37,345 nt of DNA. Source: Conidiobolus incongruus B7586 (Eukaryota). Below the pieces are notes generated by a model. That model worked only from the letters and a program-made list of their open reading frames with translations. It was not told the origin of the DNA and made no database searches. Below are positions 24,221 through 36,234 of the stretch, in pieces. The stretch covers positions 1 to 37,345 of the forward strand of contig JNEM01008000.1 of assembly GCA_000697335.1 (NCBI GenBank), given 5' to 3'. The first letter of the stretch is position 1. Every line of letters begins with the position of its first letter. The translations under genes were made by a program, and so were the position numbers.

Positions 24221-25565
24221 ATGTCTCATACAGAAAATTTATTCCCCAATTCGAATAGAGAGCATCCTCACCGACCTTACGCTCACCCATTAGCAGGAGT
24301 TGAGTCGAACAACACGGGTAATATCAATCCCTATTTCCCTAACAGTCCCATTGCCGACCCCAATTCCCAATCCTCCAACCATCTTTTGAGTTATGGTTTG
24401 GTGAATTACGCCACCACTGCTTTAGCCTCACCTTTCGAAGTAGCTCAAACTTTGCTTCAGGTGCAATACTTGCCAAGAGGGCTAGAACCACCTAAGGAGG
24501 AGGATACTAACTTTTGGAACCAGGTATAAAAAAATCGTCATAGCTTTGTAATTATATTAATTAATAATCATTTAGGATGGAGATAGCGATAGTGATAGTG
24601 AAGAGTACTACCGTGCCACAGCCGGGGAAGATGATACGATTTCGCACGCATCGTCCCAGTATACCAGGGACAATCAGGGGTATTTGGTGGAAAGTACCGA
24701 CGCTGGTACTCATCCATTTTATCAGTTACCCGATTTAAGAGGCGGTATTTGGTCAGCAATTAAAGAGATTACACATCACCCATCAGAAGGTGTATTATCT
24801 TTGTGGAAGGGTCAATTCACCTACTGGATCCACGACTTGTCCCAGTTGTTCCTGCAGCCCACTTTAGAAGCTATTCTCAACGATACTCTCGATCTCTACG
24901 ATAATACCATTCCTTTAGTGCATTTGGACCATGTCGCCGGCAATCTTTCCACAGTTGTCGCTAGTCATTTAATTGTTGGATATCTCCTTAATCCATTGGA
25001 TATTATTCGCACGCGTTTGATTGCTCAGTCCGCAAGTCCCAATCACCAGAAGTACCATGGTCCATTTCATGGTCTTTCAACTATGATTCAGGAGGAAGGA
25101 TTGAGGTCACTTTACACTGGTATTCACATGCCTGTAACTCTTATCTACCACACTTTAGTTCCCCTTCTCAGAAATGTCACACCTCTCATTATCGACAGAG
25201 CCTTACATCTCTCGTCCTCATCCTCTCCCCTCCTTTACACCCTTGCTGAGTTCGGCTTCAACACGATGGAATTGTTGATCACTTTGCCCATTGACACTAT
25301 CCGTAAAAGACTATACATCCAGCTCCAGGGTCAACATCACAGAATCATTCCCTTTACAACCTGTGTGCGCACCCGCCAAGCTCCTTACTCGGGCATGCTG
25401 GACTGTGGTGTCAAGATGCTCACCGAGGAGGGTACTAACGACGGCTGGTTAGGTAGTATCGGCATCGGATCCCTCTACAAAGGCTTCTCCCTCCACTGGA
25501 GTTCCAACTTTGTCACCAGTTTGATTAAATTATTAACTGGAGGTAACGACGATGCCGATTGGTAA
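24221..25565 (+). CDS. UGO1: Mitochondrial outer-membrane fusion protein Ugo1 (SLC25A46-like carrier-fold); 2 exons
   Basis: N-terminal HRPY motif, carrier signatures PFEVAQTLLQVQ, PLDIIRTRL and PIDTIRKRL, and EGVLSLWKG. An acidic loop follows the first signature. One intron at ~24524-24575. Confidence 0.88.
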
Positions 25566-25790
25566 ATTTCTAATGGAACTTTAGGAAATATTTAATATTG
25601 AAGAATGTAAAATTGTTACTTTTAATTGAAATAAATTCTATCTACTTTGAAATTTTTTTCATTTTTTTGATTATTTTTGTAGTTTATTAAAATTATTAGA
25701 TAAAAGATATCAACGTAAACATTTAAAATATACTGATCAGTTTGCAATAATAAATCATATCCTTTAGTTTATTAATTAGATATTCAATAA

Positions 25791-28700
25791 TTATTTACCC
25801 TTAGGTTTCAAAGCAGGTGTAGGGATACCAAATTGTTCATAAACAAACTTCAACTCTTGTAACAATTTCGCCAAAGGAAGTTGGAAATCTTGCTCGAGGA
25901 GTAAAGTGCCGATACGCTCGTGAAATTCTTCCATACCTTCAGGTGGTACGGATACTTGGTATCCGATGTACAAGCGTTCTGATGTGTACACTCGAATCTA
26001 ATGAATTAATGAGTTTTAGGAATTATGAATGTAATTGATATGGACAAATACCTTTGGGAATCTATGAGTAAACAATCTCAAAATCAATCGCCACAGTCTC
26101 TTTGATAATTTTAAATTCTCCAACAACTCGAAAGCTAAATCGCCACATCTAAAAAATCGTTAGTAAACACCATATTGGTTTAATATTATTAGTTACATGT
26201 TGGCAACTTGTTGCAATCTAGAAAAATCTGTACAAGTTTGTAAAATTTTCAACAGTTCATCGAATAGAATGATGTAGGCTTGCAAAATATCATCCATCAT
26301 ATCTGACAGGACGCCACCCTCCAAAATGGGATGAAGAGTTTGGAGACTTGGACCGACCAATCGCCCCTGGTCCTGAATAAATTTGATTAGGATATTAACA
26401 ATATCGAGTCTGGAGACTTGATTATTTTCGGAGGTGGTTGGCAAATCGAAAAGCTGAGTTAGAAAAGCCTCATTGGCGTTGAGGGACAAATTCTCCATAT
26501 TGGTGCCGGTACTTGCTACGAGACCTTGGATCATAAAAGGCATTAGAGATTTTGACGTGATCAATGGCATCACAATTGGGAACAATTTCCTGGGGGACAT
26601 CCATTCGATATCGTCATTGTTATTGAAAAATTTTTGTAATTCAACCTTGCCGTCGAATGGAATGTTCGAACGAGTAAATTGGAGTAACAAGTCGCCGGCA
26701 TTCTGTCTCATTCGATCAATCTTTTCAACAGATTGTTGTAAAATGTTACCGATTAGTGTATTGAATGATGATTGATCGAATTCTTTGGTATCGTTATCAT
26801 TAAACTTTTGATTCAAATAATTCATGAGGTGGCTAGCACCTACAAAAGCTTCCTGACGTAACCAAGATCCTACATCACCTCTGGAGTCGATGGTATAGTC
26901 GTTCATAGCAAAGATAAATAATGGAACCAAAGTAGCCCAGCTGTCAATATATTGGAAATGACCATTCTCAACCAATTGTGATAGAATCTTATTAATCGCA
27001 ACCAATGCACTCTTCCTAAATTCAATGACCATGGCTTCAGATTTGACAACAGTCTCTAATTTGGTAGTAATACTACCAAGTTGATCCAGAGTGTAATCCT
27101 GATGGAAGTGAATTTCACCAAAACTCAGAATCCATCCCTCGAGGTATGGATCGATATTGCCATTTAGTACCAAATCAAGCTTGTGCAAGAAATCGTGCAA
27201 CTGGTCACTGTGCATGGGATAGGATTTGGATAAATGATTCAGGGCTAACAGCGCGCTATTTCGAATCTTCTCTTCGGATCTTTCTAATCCCAGTTTGATG
27301 ATTTCGTGCCATTTTGACAGCTGATGGAGATGAATGGGCCATTGTGAAGCACTTAGATTTTGAATGAATTGACACGCACCTTCCAGAATTAGATGAGTAC
27401 CAAAATCTGTAAAATCGGAGGGCGGTAAATCAGTGACGATTGCTGTGATCTGATGATATGTGATATCCAAACTATCTGTGAGTTTGTCATCAGGGCTTGA
27501 ATCACTGATTTTAATTGAAATCCAACCATTTAACAGGCTTGAAGCGCCAAGTAGTCCGCCGTGATAAATCCAAGGGATTCGAGGTGGTTGAATATATCGA
27601 ACTAATCTTGGCAAACTATAAGCCAAAATTCGATCAGGGCTCAACTGAACCACTTTGTTGAGTAATTGGCTAGAGAGAGTTCGAATTTCGGCGTCCCAAT
27701 GAACACATCCAACTTGAATTAAATATTCCACCAAAGATTGCTGGTATTCTGGCAGTTGTGCAACATCATAAGCAACTTTCAGGTAGCTTCTGTGGATATT
27801 TCCAACAGAGAAATAGTCAACGAGGCCGACTAGTTTAATTCCGTGATCGAATATGCCGAGTCGTCCGACAAGTTCTTGAAATGCAGCGGAGCTTGCTCTT
27901 CTCACTTGGAGTTCTCTGTCGAAGAGTGCACAAACGATCAGGCTGGTTGCAATCTTAGAAGCGAATGGTAAGAAAGCGTCGGGAGAGTAAGCGCGAGCGA
28001 ATGACCATAAACAAAAACAGGCAGCATCTCTAACATTGGCACCAATAATACGACTTCCTCTCCTCTGCTCGAATCGAAGCGCTTCGAGCACTTTGTCGAG
28101 CGTCTTGGGCAATAACTCCGAAGCCAAAAGACCCCGACGTGCCATTTCTGCGAGTGCAAGACATGCACCATGCCAAAGGGTGTCATCAACCGAAGACCAG
28201 TCCTTCTGCTCGGTACCCAACTGGGAAGTGGGGTTATCCATCGAATCGATGACTACTTCAGCAATTTCATCGTGCATGGAAGTGGGAAGTCGTTGGGTAA
28301 TACGTCCTAAAGCTTTGGACGTCGACCACCTGACAATGGTTTCAGAATCGCCCAAATTTTCGATAAGTACTCCTAGTAATGGTTCAATTTCGGGTGCAAT
28401 TGCTAAATCTTCATCTTCATCTTCATCTGTTGAGGGCTCTTCAACTTTGGCATTTGTGCTTGAATGAGTATCTGCATAGAGGCCTAAAGATCTAAGGCCT
28501 CGAATGGGTTTCCTACTAACATTTTTAGGTTTCAAAAATGCCAAACCGATGCGCTGAATCAACTTCACTACCCATTTACGTGATAGTGGATTAAGATCTT
28601 GAGCATTGTAAGCAATTGAATCAGGATTCGAGGCATCTACCAACTTATATAATTCATCGTGATACTTGGCAAAATCTGATCGATTTCCAAATTTTAGAGT

Positions 28701-29784
28701 ATAAATCAGAGTACGAAGTAAACAAGTCGACTGTTGAAATTTTTTAATACTACAACACCTTAATATTTGATAGTTGTTTACCTCTAGAACTTCGGCACCG
28801 TAAGATTTTTTAAAATGCTGAGGTACATAAGATTGACATCTTTGGAAAAATTTGGGGAATAGGGTATCGAATGTATCTTTTCTGAATTGAAAAAATTGTT
28901 ATAATCTTTCAATTTATGAAAGTGGGATTCAATTACCTGATGAGTAATCGACTTAACAAAATCACAGCTCCTTCGGAGGGTTTCCCATTCAGTTTGAAGC
29001 ATTCGTTAGCGTAATTGTAAATTAAAGTCACTAAACTCTATTTTAAAGTAATTAATTGATTGAATCCATAATGTATTAAATATTGCTTACTTCAGTTCCT
29101 TCAGATACCAAATCACCAGAATCGACCTTCTTGAGATCGAAAGGATTCATTAGGACAAAACTGAGCCAAATCATCAATACGTACTTAGCTTCCCACTCGG
29201 TCGACGGTGTAGGTGCATGATGATGAATTAAATTATAAACGATAGGTTCGATAAGATGTACGGAATGAGGCATTAATTTTACTATCATCATCCAACGCAT
29301 TAGTCAAATTTCAGCATAATTCAAATTAAATTACCAATAGTTTTCCATCCCCTAACTTTCATCAAAGTATAAATTATTCTACACAAATGGTATTGCATAT
29401 TTCTAAAATTCTCGAATGCTGACGTCGACCGAGTTTCAAAACTTTGTACCAAATCCCTTTCCAACCTTTCAAATATTTTTTGGGTTAAAGAACTTAAATA
29501 AACGTCCAAAAGTTGCGAATAAGCTTGAAAGGGTTCTAACTGAAATATCACCGTTACATTAATAAAATTAAGTAATATCAAATTTTGAAATAATTTACCA
29601 GTTGGATAATTTGCCCACTTAAATTTCTCATACTTTGAACTTCTAGCCCCTCCTTGGATAAAAGTTCTTGAACTAATGATAAATATTTTGCGTGATCGTT
29701 GAAGAAATCGGGCTGGTAATAGGGTTCTTCATTGATTAGTTCATCTTCGTTAAGTTCTAATCTTGGTTGTGATGTTGACGTCAT
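25791..29784 (-). CDS. TBCD: Tubulin-folding cofactor D; about 8 exons
   Basis: Motifs KVRGWKTI, WEAKYVLMIWLS...PFDLKKVDS, TIVRWSTSKALGRI, WHGACLALAEMARRGLL, VRDAACFCLWSFARAY, ALFDRELQVRRASSAAFQELVGR, DYTIDSRGDVGSWLR and HRFPKIR. Confidence 0.96.
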
Positions 29785-29951
29785 ATTTATTTCGAAGATT
29801 ATTTATTGTCCTTAGTTTTAGTTTTTTTATTTTAAGGTTTTAATAATTTTTAGAGTAAATTTGACTTTAATGTGATTATGATTAAAATTGAATTTAAACA
29901 ATTTTTGTAAGTATATTTGTATTTTGTGATAAATTGAATTGAATATTGGGG

Positions 29952-29993
29952 TTGTGGGAATTCAAATGAAGTCATCATTTTAATATCCCACAA
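29952..29993. promoter_or_regulatory. Inverted pair of TCCCACAA motifs in the TBCD/PRP24 divergent promoter
   Basis: TTGTGGGAA (29952-29960), a 24-nt spacer, then ATCCCACAA (29985-29993). Each copy is oriented sense to its nearer gene. Confidence 0.6.
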
Positions 29994-30098
29994 TAAATTT
30001 CCACATTTATAGATTTAGAGTTTGAGATAAATAGGGGGTAATATCATTGACGAAATTAAAATAATCATAAAATTTCAAAATTGAAATAATTTACAATT

Positions 30099-33000
30099 AT
30101 GGAAGAAAATATAGAACAAACTGCCATACAATCAGAAGGAGGTGGCGATTATCAATTACAGATTATTGAATTACAAGATAAAGTAACCTTACTTAATTAA
30201 CAAATTCATATAATTTATTAATTATTAATTAGATTAGTGAAAATCCGTACCATTACGACCATCATCCTCAATTGATTGAAGTATGCAAACTTAATAAAGA
30301 TTCGGAATTATTGGAATTATCTAGAAATCAAATGAAACTGTATTTTCCATTGACAGAAGGTATACATTTTAATGGTTCAAATATTACAAATATTGATCAA
30401 ATATTTTAGCTTTGTGGCTAGATTGGATTCAGGATAGTATTAATGCGGTCAATGATGAAGAATCATTCAATAGATGCTTACATTTGTTCGACGAGGCTTT
30501 GAACGATTATTTTAGTAAACGTTCTAATATTTCAATTTATATAATTTGACTAATTAACTTTTGTAGTGATTTCAGTATGTCAATTAAAAGCGCAATTTAT
30601 TATCAGTCAATACAACAACGATGTGATCAATTTGGCAGATACAAGGAAGATGCTGGATGATTTGAACTTTTATTCGGAATTGCATCCCCAAGTAATTCAA
30701 TTCATTTCTCATATTGTACTTTATTAATTGGCTGGTTTAGAGTGATTTGGTTTGGAATTTAATATTTGAATTTGAAGAAAAGATACTACAGGTGAATATT
30801 GATCAAATTTTATTATTATATCAAAGCTAATATTGATGATTTTATAAAGCAAGATTCTAGGTATTTTTTAATGTAACAATAATTTTAATAGATTATTCAA
30901 TTAAATCATTTATAGTTTATTAAATGTGGATCGTTTAAAACATTTAATGTTACATAGAATTTCTATACCTCATTCCAGTAAATTATCAACAAAATCTATT
31001 ATTACCATACAATTAATCATTAAATGATTTAGAACTAACCCATGTATTCGAAAAGTATTCCCCATTCATTACGAAGCATTTTAATGAATTTTACGAAGAT
31101 GAAATGGTTAAAGCTAACTCCATCTATTCCAAAGCTAATATCATTTGGCAATCTATCGAACCTTATGAAAATGCATTGGTAATAAATTAAATATATTCAT
31201 CAAAACCCCAACACTAACTTTATCATAATATTATAGCTAGAATCGAGTAACGATTGGCAACATTTTTTATTTTATATCAATTTTGTGCGTTTCAAACTCA
31301 AGGATAAAATGAGATTGGTCAATCTATATGAAAGATCAGTGTATCATAACCCTCTGAATCCAGCTTCTTGGCAATCTTATATTGAATTTATTGTAACATA
31401 AGCCTATATTTTTAATGTGATCTATTAACATTATTATAGTTAAGTGAAACCCAATTGACAGAATCCATGGGCGATTTGGTATGTCAACGAAGTGTGAAGA
31501 ATTGTCCTTGGAGCGCCGACCTTTGGATTATAAGATTACAGAATGCCGTAATTATAATCAAATTTTATTATATTCTTTTTGTTTTAATAATATATTTAGG
31601 AAGGGATGGGATCTTCTTTAGAGGATTTAGAAAGTAATATTACATTAATTAATAATTAAGTATAAATTTTAATATTTGTAAATAGGTATTTTTACTCAAG
31701 CAATCTTATATGGCTCTATAAAACTCGATGTTAATGAACTAACCAAAGTATTCATCGAGCGCTGTAGCTACATCAAACGCAAATTCACATCACTCGAAGA
31801 TATTCCCCATCTCTCATCACTACTTGATCAATGTTTACAAGAATATTACGAATGTAAATTTTCAGTCAATATTTAATTATACATTGCTAAATTTCTGGGT
31901 ATTAGATGCATCCCAAGGCGACAGTACATTCCGGTTGGAAAAACTGATTTGCAAAATACACACTCTATTATTTGAACAGAAGTCGAAAGCTGTTGAAATT
32001 TGGTCTCAAACCGTTAAAAAGTTTAAAAATTATTCGAATGCTTGGCTAGGTTATATCGATTACGAATTGTAACGTTAATGTTTGATTTATTCCAGTTGAT
32101 GTTAATTATTTTTTAGACATTTTGGCGATTATGACCAGGTTCGAGACCTTTACAGCAAAGCGAGTCGCACGTTGACCGATTGGCCAGAAGCTATATTCAC
32201 CAGTTGGTTGGAATATGAGGCCATTTATGGCGATATTGTCCAAGCTCAGAAGGCTAGACATGTGGTATACACTCAGAGACAAAAGATTCTTCAAGCTCAA
32301 GAAAAAGTGATTATTTTATTTCATTTTAATAGTTTAGTATTGACATTTATTTAGGCTATGATAGATCAAGCAGAAGTCGAAGCTAGGGAAGAAGCTAAAA
32401 AGGAGAGACTTAGGGAAAAGGATCGCAAGAACAAGGTAATCTAATCTTTTCAAGTGGTGTTAGAATTGGATCTTAATTTTTTAATAGGCGAAAATTAGAG
32501 CTGCTAACAAGAACAAACGTGCTTCGGAGTCGAACAATCATGGTAATAGCGATATTGAAAACGAAAATAAAAAGATCAAAGGTAAATTTTATTTCATCAA
32601 ATAATTATAGTGTTATTAACTGAAAGCTTTATTCATATAGAAACTCATGACGCACCACCAAGGTAGTTACGTCAATCTTTATGTAAGCAACAAATTTCCT
32701 AACATCAAATTTTAGGCGTCCTATTATTTTAATTAATAATTTATCAGACTCTATTACTGAAAAAGATTTGGAGGAGCATTTTTCAGATGTAATTGATCAT
32801 AATCTATTTTTAAATTTTAAGATTAAATGATATATTTAGTGTGGCGCAATTGAACAAATTCAACGTAATACTAATAATGCTTATATTACTTTTAAGCATC
32901 CAGTAATATATCTCTATCAGTATTCATTTCATCGCATTAATCAATTCATTTTAGCTGGCATTAGAATCCGCCCAATCCAAACATAATACAACGATTAACG

Positions 33001-34070
33001 AATCCGAAATCAATATCGTACTACCACATATCCAGGAAGATAACAATGTCCTCTACATTTCTAATCTGCCAGAAACTAGTATGGATGAGTTGAAAAGTTT
33101 GTTCAAGCCAGTAAGTTTGAATTCATATAATTTAATACTATTGCACTAATTCATTATAATAGTATGGAAATTTGATTCAAATTCGACTCCCTTCCAAGCG
33201 TCAGGGATCTAATCGAGGATTCGCTTATGTTCATTATGAAAGAGATGTAATAATTTATATGTTCTCTTTTTATATAAATATTAAAAACTTTTTAGGAGGA
33301 TGCCAGCAACGCTCTTCAGGTCAACGGCTATCAATTAAATGGGATGGAACTCTATGTCGCCCTCTCTAATCCAACTCGCAAGAGTGGAAATCGTCGAGAT
33401 GGGTAATTATATTATCCATTCATATAATGTCATTACTAATATTTGATATAGACTTCAACAAGTGGATCCCAGCAAACTATTCGTTGGCAATATCCCAGCA
33501 TCTGTTACAAAACCCACTCTTGTGAATTTATTCAAACAAGTAATTAGACCCATCCAACTTGGCTTTTAAAATTTATTAATTTTATCACTTAGTACGGAGC
33601 AATTAAAAACATCAATTTATTACCTCCATCCAAGAAAGACGGCGCTTGTGTAGCATTCGTCGATTTCGTCTCCCCAGTAAATTCTATACTGACAATTAGC
33701 TTGTAAATTTCTCACAAATATCTAGGAATCTGGACAAGCTGCACTAGCTATGAATAGTTATCAATTAGAAGGTCATGTCCTCAATGTTGTAACTTGCGAC
33801 CCCAACAGAAAGAAGAACAAACCAAGGTAAATACCAATTCCGATCTATCCAAAACCATATTGTCAACTATCTTGTATTTTTAGTGCTAGTACCGCAAATG
33901 CTCACTCTAATTCAACTAAATCCCAATCCCAACACGAACCAGAAACTAAAGAGTAATTTTCGTGTTTTATAATTTAAACAATTACTAATCAATATTCTAG
34001 ATCTGTGACTCAATTCGTACCTAGACAACGTCGCACTCTCGCCAAACCTAAGTCTAGATTGAACATGTGA
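30099..34070 (+). CDS. SART3: U4/U6 recycling factor Prp24/SART3 (HAT repeats + 3 RRMs); 27 exons by manual splicing
   Basis: HAT region NPYHYDHH..LI...RNQMKLYFPLTE.LWLDW, RISIPH, LYERSV, RSVKNCPWSADLW and DWPEAIFTSWLEYEAIYG. RRMs with ILINNL, LYISNL...RGFAYVHY and LFVGNI...VAFVDF. 26 short GT-AG introns preserve the frame to the TGA at 34068-34070. Confidence 0.92.
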
Positions 34071-36055
34071 TATTTATAACGTGGAATAAAGTTCATAAAA
34101 TGAGTTTGATATTGTTGTAATGAAGGAATTTAATTTCATATGTTAAGGTTTTTTATATTGAGAATTTTCATCTTTAAATAAGAGATTAATATAATCAAAC
34201 TTGATGTCATAATTTTTATAAAATTGTTGATTCTTAAAATAAATTTCATTAATTTTCCAATTTTTTTATTAGCATTTTGGTTATTCTTAATAAATAATAA
34301 AATACTTAAAAATCATTAATAATATATTTGATAAAATCCAAGTATATAAAATGTTTTTGAATTACAATTATTAATAAATTATTATAATTTTTTAAATTGA
34401 ATATTTTTTATAAATACTGAAATTAAACAGATGCATAGGTATTGAATTTAAAAGAATAATTCAATAATCCATGATATATATATTATGGATTATAAATTAT
34501 TTTCTAACCTCATCATAATGAATAACTGATACAAATTTATTATACATTCAAATTATTTATTACTAATATTTGAACAAATTATTCAGTCAAAATCCCAATA
34601 TTCTATGACTTGTAATTACAGATCTAGTTATTTTTAACACTATCAGTTAGTTTTTGTTCGATACTTCTATGTATATATAAATATATCTCATAACTTGGAA
34701 AAATACTTTATATTTAATGAATCTACTCAAAGATATGTAATTATTTTTAAATTTTCAATTGATTTTTCAGAGGAATATCTAGATAAATTTTAATAAAAAT
34801 TTTCAATTTTTAAATTATCAAATAGTAATAACTTATAATATCCCCTAATAAAATTTCTAATCATAATTAGTATATAAATTCTCTCAAAACCTAAAAATAT
34901 CTTATTAATATGAATTAGATTTAATTTAAATTATTTTTTATTTTTAAAAGTAAGTTAAAATATAAAATTAGTCACATTATTTAAGCTGTTAAATTAGAAT
35001 TATTAAATTTTATTACGAATTTGATTTTAAGTGGTAATTTGATATATATATATATTGCAAATTTTGTCAATATTAAATAATTAAATCCTAAAGCCTAATG
35101 GTGTTAAATATATTTCTATAGTTTCTATTTAGTCATTTTATTAACTATAAAGATTTTAATATTCAACTAAATGCTAGAGTATTTTGATGTTAAAAATTGT
35201 TGATTGAAATATTGCTATAAATTTATTAATTATTTAGATAGTTTTAAAAATAATATGAAATTTTTGAATTATATACTAAAATTGAATAAATTAGATAATA
35301 TAATTTTTCTATTGGAAAAGTTTTATAAAATAATTTTTGATTTAATCAATGATTTTCGCCTTAACTTTGAGAGCTTAGAAACAGTCAATGCTTATAAGAA
35401 CTAATTTACAAAGGTTGGGATTTTTGATGGTTTGATATTGAACTTTATACATCATGGAGATAATAGATATTATATTTATAGTTTTTTATATAGATATTAT
35501 TACCTATTGTAATAAATGTAGGTTGGCATTATTTTTGAAAATTATCGGTTGAATTATTCTTCATTAAATATCTAAATCCATAAACTGCCTAAATATATTA
35601 TAACACCATATTTCATTATTGTAGTTGGTTAAAACGTTTACAATTATCGACATTTTTATCACTAGAATATACTATATGAGTTGGATAAATTAAATCCAAA
35701 TGAACCATGATTATATAATTTTAGAATTATTTTAGTTTAAGTTGCCTGTGATCGAAATTTTATTGTGATGACTTAAATTTATGTTGATAGATAATATTTT
35801 ATACTATTTGTATAGCATATCTTTCTTGTCATTTTTACTTTTATTATTTACCAATAAGACATTATTTCAAAGTGTTATGCATTACAAGTTTCTGATTATT
35901 CTTTATGAGCTTGAACTTTTAATTATAAAAATTGGGTAAAATCAAGTTAATAAATCAAATTTTAATCTGTAAAGTTTTGGCTTACAAAAATTGTCATTTC
36001 GAATATCATCTTACTGATATGAGATTAGAAGATTGAAATTTCGATTTTAATATTC

Positions 36056-36226
36056 ATCCATTCACACACTTAGCACCTTTAGCTATTTCACTGATTACAA
36101 CCATGTAGTTTAAAATTTTACCAATATTTGTCCTTTCTCTTTGTTGAAGAGGAGATCGAGCATATTTCATACGGTGTAAGTGTTCAGTCTGTTTTTCTAA
36201 CTCATCAACCATGAATTTGGCTAATT
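36056..36226 (-). pseudogene. Isolated exon-like coding fragment of an unidentified gene
   Basis: GC-elevated stretch after an acceptor-like TTCTCTAG reads ELAKFMVDELEKQTEHLHRMKYARSPLQQRERTNIGKILNYMVVISEIAKGAKCVNG*. There is no room for upstream exons because it abuts the GH20 sequence. Confidence 0.35.
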
Positions 36227-36234
36227 CCTAGAGA

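Noticed and set aside
26473..28467. Plus-strand ORFs 26473-26775 and 28036-28467, and alternative-frame ORF 27938-28189
   Set aside because: Shadow ORFs within the large TBCD exon, with no recognisable protein features.
35204..35404. 66-aa plus-strand ORF
   Set aside because: TTG start, AT-biased composition and no recognisable domain.
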